Positions 28,645 through 40,162 of a stretch of 64,000 nt of DNA are shown one piece after another. The stretch covers positions 372,001 through 436,000 of the forward strand of contig NIVC01000283.1 in assembly GCA_002269645.1 (NCBI GenBank), given 5' to 3'. How positions within the stretch are numbered: the stretch's first letter is position 1; the number at the start of each line of letters is the position of its first letter. The position numbers and the translations under genes were made by a program. The notes below the pieces were generated by a model, which had not been told where the DNA came from, did no database searches, and saw only the letters and a program-made list of their open reading frames with translations. The DNA is from Macrostomum lignano (taxonomy: Eukaryota).

Positions 28645-29510
28645 CTTCAGAGTGTTCAATTAGGCTTCAGAGTGTTCAATTAGGCTTCAGAGTGCTCAAT
28701 TAAGCATCAGAGTGATCAATTTGGCTTCAGAGTGCTCAATTAGGCTTCAGAGTGCTCAATTAGGCATCAGAGTGCTCAATTAAGCTTCAGAGTGATCAAT
28801 TAGGCATCAGAGTGATCAATTAAGCTTCAGAGTGATCAATTAAGCTTCAGAGTGATCAATTAAGCTTCAGAGTGATTAATTAAGCTTCAGAGTGATCAAT
28901 TAAGCTTCAGAGTGATCAATTAAGCTTCAGAGTGATCAATTAGGCATCAGAGTGATCAATTTGGCTTCAGAGTGCTCAATCAGGCATCAGAGTGCTCAAT
29001 TAAGCTTCAGAGTGATCAATTAAGCTTCAGAGTGATCAATTAAGCTTCAGAGTGATCAATTAGGCATCAGAGTGCTCAATTAAGCTTCAGAGTGCTCAAT
29101 TAAGCTTCAGAGTGATCAATTAAGCTTCAGAGTGATCAATTAAGCTTCAGAGTGATCAATTAGGCATCAGAGTGATCAATTAGGCATCAGAGTGATCAAT
29201 TAGGCATCAGAGTGATCAATTAAGCTTCAGAGTGCTCAATTAGGCATCAGAGTGATCAATTAAGCTTCAGAGTGATCAATTAAGCTTCAGAGTGATCAAT
29301 TAAGCTTCAGAGTGCTCAATTAAGCTTCAGAGTGCTCAATCAGGCATCAGAGTGCTCAATTAAGCTTCAGAGTGATCAATTAAGCTTCAGAGTGATCAAT
29401 TAGGCATCAGAGTGATCAATTAGGCATCAGAGTGATCAATTAGGCATCAGAGTGCTCAATCAGGCATCAGAGTGCTCAATTAAGCTTCAGAGTGCTCATT
29501 AGGCTTCAGA
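28645..29510. repeat. 20-bp minisatellite (AGAGTGATCAATTAAGCTTC)n in TRIM intron 2
   Basis: About 43 copies. Confidence 0.95.
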
Positions 29511-29677
29511 GGGCTCGCTTATTTATCTCAAAGTGATCAGATGTGCTTCAGAGTGGACAGGCGTAACCAGACGCGCTTATGAATGTCTAGAGCGTGTTTT
29601 GGAGTGAGTACAGACGACTCGACGCCCAAAACAAAGTGAGCATTTAACCACAAAACCGCCGCCCCTGCCGCCGCCAG

Positions 29678-30245
29678 CTACTCCTCGCTCACCAGCAGCA
29701 TGGACACTGTTGGCGGCAACGAGGACACTGAAAGCGTCGAAGTTCAAACCGAGCCGGTGGACTTCCTGCGCGAGTCCTGCATGATGGTGGACTTCACGCC
29801 CACTCGCGACGTCGGCCAGTTCGGCTCCGCGATTTCAGCGGTGGCTGCGGCGGCCGCCGCCTCCGCCGCTAGCTCAGCGGAAATGGTCAGCGCCGAGACG
29901 CAGACTGTTGCTAAGGAGCTTCGAGATCAGGAGTCGGCTACGGTGCCAGTGGAACGTGAAGATCGCGGAGTGAACACGTCGAGGATGGCCTCGAGAGCTG
30001 CTCAGCAGCAGCAGCAGCAACAGCAACAACCACAGCAGGCAGTTCCGCAGTCGCCGCAGCAGCAGCAGCAGCAGCCGCAGCAAGTGAACCTCGAAGACGC
30101 AGACCAGCAGCAGCAGCAGCAGCAGCAGAGCGGCTTTTTCAATCGAAGGCGGCACCACAGGCGCATGATGGGGGCGGCCAGCCTCGATGAATTCGGCGGT
30201 GGAGGTGGGGGCGGCGGAGGCTACCCCGGAGTCACGGATCTGTAG
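29678..30245 (+). CDS. TRIM terminal exon (low-complexity, polyA/polyQ/polyG tail; no NHL or SPRY domain)
   Basis: Acceptor ccgccag|29678 is phase-2 compatible; the frame is open to TAG at 30243-30245. Spliced CDS is 1680 nt (559 aa). Confidence 0.72.
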
Positions 30246-31949
30246 TTGCAGTGGTTCACATTGGAAAAAACGATCATCAGTTTGGCCCGGCTTAAGCCAA
30301 GTACGGCTCCGGTAGAAGGTGGTTGGGAGGCTTCGTTTCTTAGAAAGTCTAGCAAGATCACAGAGTTTTTGCAAAGCTCGATTCAAAAGTCTAAAATAAA
30401 AAAAAACTCTAAAAGCAATGCTTTTCAATGGAAGCGTTAGGAACCAATAGAAGTTTTTACACGTTAGCTATAGTCCGCATATCCAAAATCACATGAGCAG
30501 AATTTAAGCCAAGGAAAACCAATGAGCTAAAAACCATGATCTGTCCTTTAAGTGTACCTGTAGTATTTCTAATATAAAATAAATAATCTAGAAATTTTAT
30601 TTTACAAACTTGAAAAGTACAAGAAAGTCACTGATTAAAAATACTTTACATAAAAGGCCATCACTTGGAATAATTATAAACATTTATTTAAATTACCAAT
30701 TATTAAATCCAGGTCCCTGAGATTTACTGAGAAATCTTTTGGTTCCTTCTACAAACTCGAGTGGTCATTGGGTAAAAGTTGTTTTAATTAATCGCTATAA
30801 TCGGCTCTATCATCTTCATTGTTAAATAAATTCTAGTTTGTTTGTTTCTCGATTTTTTCACCCTTATTTATTCTGAAAGATTTTGACTGTCAGAATAGGT
30901 TTTTTTGGCGTTGGTATCTTTCATTAAAATATTGAAATCAGTCCAGTATTATATACTGAAACGTAACTTGTTTCATTTTTCTACGGTTTTCTACGCTCGT
31001 AGTTTGTCTACGTGATGTATTTTTTCAAATATCGTATATTATGCACGCATGTTAATTAAAACAAATAATGACATGTTTTTTAACTACTGCTGAAAGTTTT
31101 CGCGCAAAGTCAAATGCTTTATTACCGCATCGCATGGACAGCATGTTCGTTTTATTCAAAAAATTGATCAAATATTTTATCATGTTATGAAAGCAATTCA
31201 ATCTTGTGGACACTAACTACACTATGCTACAGTTATTTATCATCGTAATTGGAGACAGAAATTTATATAGAATTTTTATGGTTGAAATGGCATATCTTAA
31301 TACTTCAGTCTGCCTTGCATGAAACTAATATGACTTGTTATAATGCTTGGTAAAAGTAGCTTCAAAAAATAAAGATATACAACTATAAATGCAGTGTAGT
31401 GCATATACCGCCGCTTGAGACCTGAAAATTTTTGCTTTTGGATTTTTCAAATTGAGTAAATTTTCACTGCAATAAGGTTAATTCTATTTCAAATTTAATT
31501 AGAAACAAAAGTTACGGGCGTAAAAATGTCGCTTCCGTATTTTGCGTTTCGTTTAAACACACTCAGAGGCAGCCAAAATACATGTGGATGCTTAAATCAG
31601 AAATCAACTCCCTGGAATTTAAAGTCTGCAGGCTGTCAGACTTGATGCAGAGATACTTTTTCAAGATTTTAAAAGCGAAAAAAGCGATGCTTTTTTTAAC
31701 CAAAGCCGTTTGGATTGAACAAAACCAAACATGAAAGATTGACAGGAGCTTCTTAACAAAAGAAACAAAAATGAACTGCTGCAAAAGCCAATGCAGAAGA
31801 TAAACTGAGCCTCTGCTTCTCTTTGCAAAAATTGCAAAAGTGAACCTTTTCTCCTTGGGCATATATAGAGATAGCTTAACTAGAAAAGCTTTTAAGTTGA
31901 GACTGGGACAATCCAGCTTCCCTATAATCGTCTCGATCTCAGTCTGAAT

Positions 31950-32678
31950 ATGCTGCCACAGAGGCTCCTGTTGCTAGGCTCATCACTACTTGTGACGGTG
32001 CTGGCTTGCCCGGCTCCATTCAGTCTCCAGGCGGGCCGGTGCGTCTTCATTGACAGTCGGATGGCTCACACCTGGTGCGCTGCGGCCAGGCGGTGTGCAG
32101 ATATCGGAGGCGAGCTCATCAACTTCTACAGCTCGTTGAAGCTGCTCACCAGCATGCCCGGTGTGAGCAGCTGCCCCGGCTGCCTCCTGTGGCTTGGAGT
32201 GACTGACATGGCTGACGAGAGAGACTCAAGCAGGTCGGGCTGGCAGCTGATCAACGGCAACGGCATCCTGCCTCTGAACGAGTCGATGTGGCAAGGAACC
32301 GAGCCTAACGGACCGGCCTCTGAAAATTGCGTACTGCTCAAAGACGGAGGCCTTCTCGCTAATTACCTGTGCTCTGCTCGGTTAGGCTGTGCCTGCGAAT
32401 GGGCTCCGGGTGCAGCAGCTCCGACATCGGCTGCAACCTCCTGGCAGAAGACGCCGTTCAAGCGAACCAGCTACAATCCCAGTTCCGAGTACTGCTACAA
32501 AGACATGATGCAGGTGGACAATGCAATCAAGTGCACCGCGGCCGCCACGAGGTCGGGCAGCTGCAGACACGTGCTGTACAACAGCAAGCTGAAGCTGTGC
32601 CGCCTGCTGCAGTTCACCGACACCCCAGTTGAGGAGTCGATTGAGACCAGCGACGACTGGGTGAAGTTCAGCAACTAA
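31950..32678 (+). CDS. Secreted C-type lectin domain protein with C-terminal PAN/apple-like module, paralog 1 (242 aa, intronless)
   Basis: Hydrophobic signal peptide; CTLD motifs C..GGEL, WLG, W..GTEPNG, ENC, C..C; C-terminal C..C..YNSKLKLC. Confidence 0.88.
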   Translation: MLPQRLLLLGSSLLVTVLACPAPFSLQAGRCVFIDSRMAHTWCAAARRCADIGGELINFYSSLKLLTSMPGVSSCPGCLLWLGVTDMADERDSSRSGWQLINGNGILPLNESMWQGTEPNGPASENCVLLKDGGLLANYLCSARLGCACEWAPGAAAPTSAATSWQKTPFKRTSYNPSSEYCYKDMMQVDNAIKCTAAATRSGSCRHVLYNSKLKLCRLLQFTDTPVEESIETSDDWVKFSN

Positions 32679-33559
32679 TCTAGTCGAACTTTCGAGTTAA
32701 TGCTAAGAATGCATGTATTTTAACTGCTCTGACGGTTCGCGTTTAATCAATCTGACTGAAGGTCCAGATGTGTGAGACAAAACTGCCCAATTAAAATGAA
32801 GCTGTTAATTAGCATCCTGTTTTTTTCACCTAATAAAACCGCATGCGTCACGTTGTTTATCCTACTACCAGTAGGTTCAAGCTTGGGAAATATTTGTGAT
32901 GGGGATGGACTGAGTTTTTGGGAGTTTCTACGAGTAGTCATTGCCCTTAGCAGTTAATACACTATTACACTCAAGTAATACTTGAACTGAATAATTGGAC
33001 TAAACTTATTTTACAAACATCGAACTTAAAATATACTATTTGCGTAAGAGCCCTCCCTAGGGCTGAAGCGCAGGGTAATAATTAGTCTATGGCCCAACTT
33101 ATCAAATAAAAAACCTAAGGGTATAATACGAGCTACTTGTAAACCTATTGCAAGCCTGTTTTACATCTCTCAAATTAATACATCTTTGGATTCTTGTCTC
33201 CTTTCTTTAAACTATCATATTAGGATTAATTAGAGAATAAGACGAACCAAAGCCAGAACCTGGTTCGAACTACCAGCTAAAACCAGTAGCCACAAAGACA
33301 AACGACAGATCAGAATAAGCCAGTAGACTAAACCACGGGACTCACGACTCTACAGGTAGGTATGATATTTTAGAGGTCTGCAGCGAGCGTATAGCAAGGA
33401 AAATATAATGAGCTTAAAGCGTAGATCCTAAAAATTAAGCAACCCAAATAACAAAAACATTCAGTGTTTATCCTTAAATGAAACCAACCCTGATTTGAAA
33501 AACTGAGGTTTCCTTTGGTTTCCATTGACAGGTATTTACTAACGTTTCGAAAGTCTATT

Positions 33560-34100
33560 AAAAGTCGCTGGCAAATCGGGTCTGCAAGTCCTGAAGGCTG
33601 GACCGGGAACTGGAGTCCGCTATCGTGAGCACCAACCCTAATCACCAACCTGCCCAGGCTGCAACACCAGCTCAAAGAACTGTCCAATGTGGTCGATGTT
33701 TTGAGACCACTCACGTGACCCGTCAGTGCTGAAACACATTTGTCTGATAGCTACTGCAAGAAACCAGACCATGTGAAGTCAAGATGCTACCAGATGCAGT
33801 CAGACCAGCAGCAGATGGGAAATGGGCAGGGGACCTCGAGAAAGGGCCGTCCATGCACCCAGCTAGCGCACCGAGCCAACCCACACAAGGTACAGACCTT
33901 GGTTTTGTCGACGTGATATTAGAAGGCAGAACAAGTAGTATGGCATGCTTGCTAGATTCTGAGTCCAGTATCTCCCTGCTAAGTGAAGCCGCGTGTGGAA
34001 GAGGAACACGAATCGAGGGCAGAGGCTCCAGGTTGCCAATAGTTGTGTCATATAGATTTGCTGGGTGAGTTCGTTGGGGAGTTTTCCATTGGCTCGCATA
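33560..34100 (+). mobile_element. Degenerate Ty3/gypsy gag-protease remnant
   Basis: Residual zinc knuckle YCKKPDHVKSRC (about 33761-33790) followed by QQMGNGQG, then protease-like CLLDSESSISLL (DSG>DSE) in a different frame. Confidence 0.5.
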
Positions 34101-34929
34101 AATTTCGTCAGATTCGTAGAAGTCAAACGACGGCAACCCAGGGAGTTCTGATGCATAAATTCTAAACTACCTACTTTCAGTAACAAGGCAAAGCACCGAG
34201 TTTTTTAAGTGCAGTTGCTAGGCTGGGAGAGTGACGCGCGATAAGGGCCAAAACTGTGAGCTACATAATTCCTGTGGATGCAGTTTTATTATTCAGAGGC
34301 AAATTATATACAGCGTCCAGGCATCTCGATGAGGAGAAGGAACTGAGATGAGTTTTAATGAGCAGCCGCGCATCGTGCCATGTTTGACATCCCTGCTTGT
34401 CAAGACGGACTCATCAAAGTTAAAGAAAAAAATTGGCATCTAATTGGGCTGCCTGCCTTCAATCTGCTTAAAAGACGATTCTATAGTCTGAGCAGGGGAG
34501 GCGGTGGCAGCGGGGCTCCAAAAATTCCTGACTACACCCCGCGGAGTCTGAAACAATGAAGCTCCCTAGCTGCAATTACTTATTCTGGTAAATAATGAAT
34601 CATCAGCATAGGTTTAAGCGAACCAACCAATGCGACGCGAAAAACAGCATAGACTTGTTGCATAGATTCTCGCATTGCATTTACGTACATACTTGTCGCT
34701 GTAATATACAGTGTATCGCACCCGGTAACCATAGCAACGCTAGTGTATAGGTAAAACCAAGATGATGAAACAAAGGTGGAGAGAAGGGGAGAAGAGGCAA
34801 GGTGGAGAGAAGGGGGAGGAAGCGCTAGCGCATTTAATTGGGACAATACCAAGACTCAAAACGCTTATATGTAGATTCCAAGAGCCATCGAACACCGTTA
34901 AGACAGGTGGGTGTTCAATACGCCTCGTA

Positions 34930-35652
34930 ATGCTGCAACAGGCTCTTCTGCTGCTGAGCACTCTGCATGCTCTAGTGCTGGCTTGCCCGGCTCCATTTAG
35001 CGTCGAGGCGGGCAGGTGCATCTTCGCTAACAATACGCAAGCTCACAGCTGGTGCTCTGCCAACAGGCAGTGTGCAGCCATCGGAGGCGAGCTGATCAAC
35101 TCCTACAACTCGCTGAAGCTGCTGAACAGCATGCCCGGTCTGAGCTGCACCGGATGCTACTTCTGGCTTGGAGTGACTGACATGGCTGACGAGAGAGACT
35201 CAAGCAGGTCGGGCTGGCAGCTGATCAACGGCAACGGCATCCTGCCACTGAACGAGTCGATGTGGCAAGGAACCGAGCCTAACGGACCGGCCTCTGAAAA
35301 CTGCGTACTGCTCAAAGACGGAGGCCTTCTCGCTAATTACCTGTGCTCTGCTCGGTTAGGCTGTGCCTGCGAATGGGCTCCGGGTGCAGCACCTCCGACA
35401 TCGGCTGCGACCTCCTGGCAGAAGACGCCGTTCAAGCGAACCAGCTACAATCCCAGCTCCGAGTACTGCTACAAAGACCTGATGCAGGTGGACAATGAAA
35501 TCAAATGCATCACTGAAGCCATGAGTTCGGGCAGCTGCAGACACGTGCTGTACAACAGCAAACTGAAGCTGTGCCGCCTGCTGCAGTTCACCGACACCCC
35601 AGTTGAGGAGTCGATTGAGACCAGCGACGACTGGGTGAAGTTCAGCAACTAA
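34930..35652 (+). CDS. Secreted C-type lectin/PAN-like protein, paralog 2 (240 aa, intronless)
   Basis: ATG at 34930 (MLQQALLLL signal peptide) aligns with paralog 1; same domain motifs. Confidence 0.88.
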   Translation: MLQQALLLLSTLHALVLACPAPFSVEAGRCIFANNTQAHSWCSANRQCAAIGGELINSYNSLKLLNSMPGLSCTGCYFWLGVTDMADERDSSRSGWQLINGNGILPLNESMWQGTEPNGPASENCVLLKDGGLLANYLCSARLGCACEWAPGAAPPTSAATSWQKTPFKRTSYNPSSEYCYKDLMQVDNEIKCITEAMSSGSCRHVLYNSKLKLCRLLQFTDTPVEESIETSDDWVKFSN

Positions 35653-36544
35653 GTGCCGGAAAGGGGCAATGAGCAGGACCCAAGGCACGTTGTTAAACTC
35701 CAATAGGCATCTTCAGGTTGATTTTTACTCCTGTTTCACCTGAAGAAATACCTGATTGTGTAACCAGTTAAACAGGCCGGAAAAACAAACCGATAGCAGA
35801 AATGTTGCTTTAAACCAAGCATAGCAGCCTCGCCCCCTGAGCCAAAATGCACAGCAAGGCATTCAAATGGTGTTTTGTGTTAATTTATTTTCAGATAAAA
35901 ATTTCAAAGTCAATACAGCAAATTACTTCAGAATAGCAGTACACAGGCTTTTTGGGTTGTAGTTTCATTATAATAACTAAGATGGTTGTTGAGTTTATTG
36001 CATGAGCCGAAGAAATTGCACACAGTTTCATAATTAAGAGATTATTACTGCATTTACGCATGTAGAAAGAAATTTTCAGATGCGCTTTTCAAAGAAAAAT
36101 AATTCCGACTTGTTCACGAGTAGTATCTATAGATCTATAGCTAACGCATCCGCCAGGGTTGAAGAGTTAAGATGCCAGTACAATTTAGGAATAATAACAG
36201 TTGAAGCATTTAAAAGTACACCCGACACACGAACAACAATGCAGACAGGAAGGACTATAAATAATATAAATTAATTAACAATATTTACACTTAGAAACTT
36301 ATTAGATTGAGAATATGAAAGCAGCCACAATACGAGTAGTACAAAGATGGCTTTGTAGTAATATTTATTACTTTGAGGAACTTCCAGGAACGCAGTTAAA
36401 TATAAAATGCAGGCCTTTCCTAAACAACTTTTGAATTTACTAATAGTAGTAAAAATAGGACACGAAAATTGAAATCGTGGATACCTTCTTACCGATGGCT
36501 TGTGACTCAAGGACCGTGATGTGGACTTAGGGAAGAAGAAGAAC

Positions 36545-37378
36545 CGTGGGTCAGTAGCAGACCACCAAAGGACCATGGGTCAGTGGTAGGTCACCAGAGA
36601 ACCGTAGGTCAGTGGTAGGTCACCAAAGAACCGTGGGCCAGTGGTAGGTCACCAAAGAATCGTGGGTCAGTGGTAGGTCACTAAAGAACCGTGGGTCAGT
36701 GGGAGGTCACTTAAGAACCGTGGGTCAGCGGGGTGTCACCAAAGGACCATGGGTCAGTGGTAGGTCACCAAAGAACCGTAGGTCAGTGGTAGGTCACCAA
36801 AGAACCGTAGGTCAGTGGTAGGTCACCAAAGAACCGTAGGTCAGTGGTAGGTCACCAAAGAACCGTGGGTCAGTGGTAGGTCACCAAAGAATCGTGGGTC
36901 AGTGGTAGGTCACTAAAGAACCGTGGGTCAGTGGGAGGTCACTTAAGAACCGTGGGTCAGCGGGGTGTCACCAAAGAACCATGGGTCAGTGGTAGGTCAC
37001 CAAAGAACCGTAGGCCAGTGGTAGGTCACCAAAGAACCGTGGGTCAGTGGTAGGTCACCAAAGAACCGTGGGTCAGTGGTAGGTCACTAAAGAATCGTGG
37101 GCCAGTGGTAGGTCACCAAAGAATCGTGGGTCAGTGGTAGGTCACCAAAGAACCGTGGGTCAGTGGTAGGTCACCAAAGGACCGTGGGTCAGTGGTAGGT
37201 CACCAAAGAACCGTGGGTCCGTGGTAGGTCACCAAAAACCGTCGGTCAGTGGTAGGTCACTAAAGAACCGTAGGTCAGTGGTAGGTCACTAAAGAACCGT
37301 AGGTCAGTGGTAGGTCACTAAAGAACCGTAGGTCAGTGGTAGGTCACTAAAGAACCGTGGGTCAGTGGGGGGTCACCA
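36545..37378. repeat. 29-bp minisatellite (GTGGGTCAGTGGTAGGTCACCAAAGAACC)n
   Basis: Visible. Confidence 0.94.
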
Positions 37379-37469
37379 AAATGAACATGAAGTACAACAA
37401 ATGTCACAAACTTTTCGCATCTTCCTTTAACTACAGTTGGTCAGAGAAGTTTCACTACAGTATCAGCTG

Positions 37470-37694
37470 TCACTGTGCCGGTAGTACGCCGTACGGCTTG
37501 GAGTTAAAATGCAATCTCAACTGCGCGTGCAACTGCTCAGGCTGCAGAGCTGATAGTCGCCGCTGAAACTTGGTAGTCAACAGTTTACTGGGCGGCGCGG
37601 CCGTGACAGGCAGCACAAGCAGATGTTGCAGAAATCGCCACAGATGAGGAATAGTGGTGCTCTTGTGCTCCCAGAATGTGCGCCAGGAGCAGAC
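37470..37694 (-). CDS. HHCC-hAT chimeric gene, exon 6 (terminal): hAT C-terminal dimerisation-like domain; missed by the ORF track
   Basis: Acceptor ctcatacag|37694 (phase 0); VCSWRTFWEHKSTTIPHLWRFLQHLLVLPVTAAPPSKLLTTKFQRRLSALQPEQLHAQLRLHFNSKPYGVLPAQ then TGA at 37472-37470. Confidence 0.8.
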   Translation of the reverse strand, partial: VCSWRTFWEHKSTTIPHLWRFLQHLLVLPVTAAPPSKLLTTKFQRRLSALQPEQLHAQLRLHFNSKPYGVLPAQ

Positions 37695-37755
37695 CTGTAT
37701 GAGTTGTACACGGTATAGATAGCTTTTTTAACCTAAAATAATAACACTGTTGAAA

Positions 37756-37885
37756 TTCAGGGCGATTCTTTAGGGTATTTCAGGGCGATTCTTTAGGGTA
37801 TTTCAGGGTGATTCTTTAGAGTATTTCAGGGCGATTCTTTAAGGTATTTCAGGGCGATTCTTTAGGGTATTTCAGGACGATTCTT
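37756..37885. repeat. 23-bp repeat (CAGGGCGATTCTTTAGGGTATTT)n in intron 5
   Basis: About 5.5 copies. Confidence 0.9.
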
Positions 37886-38122
37886 TAGGGTATTTCAGGG
37901 CTATTCATGGACTTCTGGGTGATTATTCAGGGATTTCTGAGCCAGCAAATAAATGCTAAAAGAGCCAAGGTCAGGCAAACTGCAAAATTAGTTCAAAGGC
38001 GATTCACAAAGAGACACATGGCAGGGGAATGGATGTTATGTTTCACACTGAGATCATGCTGATATGCACTAAGACAAGCTTGATTAAAACACTAAAGCAC
38101 CAACACTATAAGCATTACAAAC

Positions 38123-38992
38123 CTGCTCTCTATAGGTAATCAAAGCTCTATTGAGCTGCTCCTTCACTTTGGCATAGATCTCGGCAACAGGCCGCTTGAC
38201 CAGCACAGTCATGCACTGGTCATCAATTAGCACCTGTCGAGTCTCGCAGAATGCCAGATGATTCTGCTGGCACAGGTATTCAATAAGCTCGTCAACCTCA
38301 GCCTGATCGTAGTGCCTCTCGCCGCTGTCCTTGAATTTCGGATGCAGCACAGCGCACAGGCTGAGCAGTGTTCTCAATCGCCGATTCTTTAAATAGATAT
38401 CGCGCAGCGACACTAGCAGAGTATCCGTTAGCAACCGGAACAGAGGCTGCTCAGAGTACGGACTCGAGGCAAGCAGATTTTCCAGATCTTTCAACAGAGA
38501 GATGGTGGAGGCCAGAGGTAGAAAGTCATGCGAGCTGCCCAGCTGGGTGAGTTCCTGAGTATAGGAGGTCACTAGCTGCAGGTAGTGATGCACAATCACC
38601 AGCTCTTGAGTGTTCAGAGCTCCGTGGACGTTCATCTGGCCCATGTAGACAGACAGTCGGCAGAACTGCTGGGTCAGGCCGGGCTGAAATGCTTTTTCAG
38701 GCTCCGGCACCCCGCTGAGCAGGAACTGCTGCACCTTCTCGCCAACAAACGGGGCGTATTCTCTCAGAGATCGGTTTACTGAGAAGCTCAAGGCGGACAC
38801 GAAACACGGCACCACTAGGATATTGTCCTGCTGATACTCCACGTAGGACATCGCTTGAAGTTCTTCCTCTGTCAGGCTGAGCGTCATGGGCATGCCCATG
38901 GCCGACTCCAGGCCCGGGATGAGGCGAATGAAGCTGACGATGTCAGTCTCGGCTATGAGCGGGTAGGAGCCCACGTATAGTACACCGTCAAT
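38123..38992 (-). CDS. HHCC-hAT chimeric gene, exon 5: hAT transposase-derived core
   Basis: Acceptor ccgctccag|ATT at 38992; donor CAG|GTTTGT at 38122; both phase 0. Motifs VPCFVSALSFSVNRSL and CAVLHPKFK. Confidence 0.85.
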
Positions 38993-39164
38993 CTGGAGCG
39001 GAGTAGCGGGTGGTTCATTTAGAGTGGCTGTAGAACCACGGCTTGTGATAGGTCACTAAAGTATCATGGGACACAGGGGGTCACCAATGTACTATAGGGT
39101 AATATGTGCAGGAGGTCAACAATGTAACATGGGCGTCACAGGTCAAAAAAATTACCATAGGAAA

Positions 39165-39685
39165 CAAAGGTCACCATGGGGGACAAACGAGGTCACTAAA
39201 AAATTAGGGGAGCCAAAGGAGGTTACCAAAGTACCATAGGGAACAAAGTAGGTCACTAAATTACTATATGGGATAAATGAAGTCACTAAATTACCATAGG
39301 GGACAAATGAGCTCACTAAAGTATCATACGGGACAAATGAGGTCACTAAATTACCATAGGGGACAAATGAGGTCACTAAAGTACCATAGGGGACAAATGA
39401 GGTCACCAAAGTACCATAGGGGACAAATGAGCTCACTAAAGTACCATAGGGGACAAATGAGGTCACTAAAGTACCATAGGGGACAAATGAGCTCACTAAA
39501 GTACCATAGGGGACAAATGAGCTCACTAAAGTACCATAGGGGACAAATGAGGTCACTAAATTACCATAGGGGACAAATGAGGTCACTAAAGTACCATAGG
39601 GGACAAATGAGCTCACTAAAGTACCATAGGGGACAAATGAGCTCATTCAAGTACCATAGGGGACAAAGGAGGTCACCAAAGTAGC
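39165..39685. repeat. 30-bp minisatellite (GGGGACAAATGAGGTCACTAAAGTACCATA)n in intron 4
   Basis: Visible. Confidence 0.93.
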
Positions 39686-39715
39686 ATGGGCAGTGGCAGG
39701 TCAGCAAAGGCCCAC

Positions 39716-40134
39716 CTTAGGATTGTAGCCAAACACGCTAACGGCAATCTGGCCGCCAGACACAGTCCAGTGGGTGGCGGACACGGCAGTAGGATTAGAA
39801 GTTTTCAAAACGTCCTCTTCCAGGTTCAGCACCAATTCGTGCTGGGGACCGCACAGCTGCTGCAACACGTCGGTGGGGTACAGGTGAGTGACGGACAGAT
39901 TTCTCAGAGTCTCCATGCTCAAGGCAGGAGTATCGACGGCGGCCGCCAAAGCGGCAGAATCAGCTGCTGCCGCCGATGCACCCGAAGAGGAAGTTCGGAC
40001 ACCGGTGGGGAGCGGGAGGCAGGTCAGCGTCGGCTTGGTCGGGGTGCCCGCGGAGCCGGAGGTGACCGATGCCAGGACTGAGGCGCCGCCGAGAACGGGA
40101 AAGTCGGATAGGCCGGCCTGGCTGATGGGGTCGG
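39716..40134 (-). CDS. HHCC-hAT chimeric gene, exon 4: low-complexity linker + start of RNase H-like fold
   Basis: Acceptor ctacgcag|40134 (phase 1); donor AAG|GTGGGC at 39715; ends ..AVSATHWTVSGGQIAVSVFGYNPK. Confidence 0.82.
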
Positions 40135-40162
40135 CTGCGTAGGGGGGTGAAGGGGCTATTAA

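Noticed and set aside
34762-34929. 56-aa N-terminal extension of lectin paralog 2 in the ORF track
   Set aside because: The ATG at 34930 aligns with paralog 1 and begins the signal peptide.
37695-37732. Alternative acceptor (tattttag|GTT at 37732) for the last exon of the chimeric gene
   Set aside because: It gives a short Cys-rich frame with no hAT similarity; the 37694 acceptor restores the dimerisation-domain motifs.
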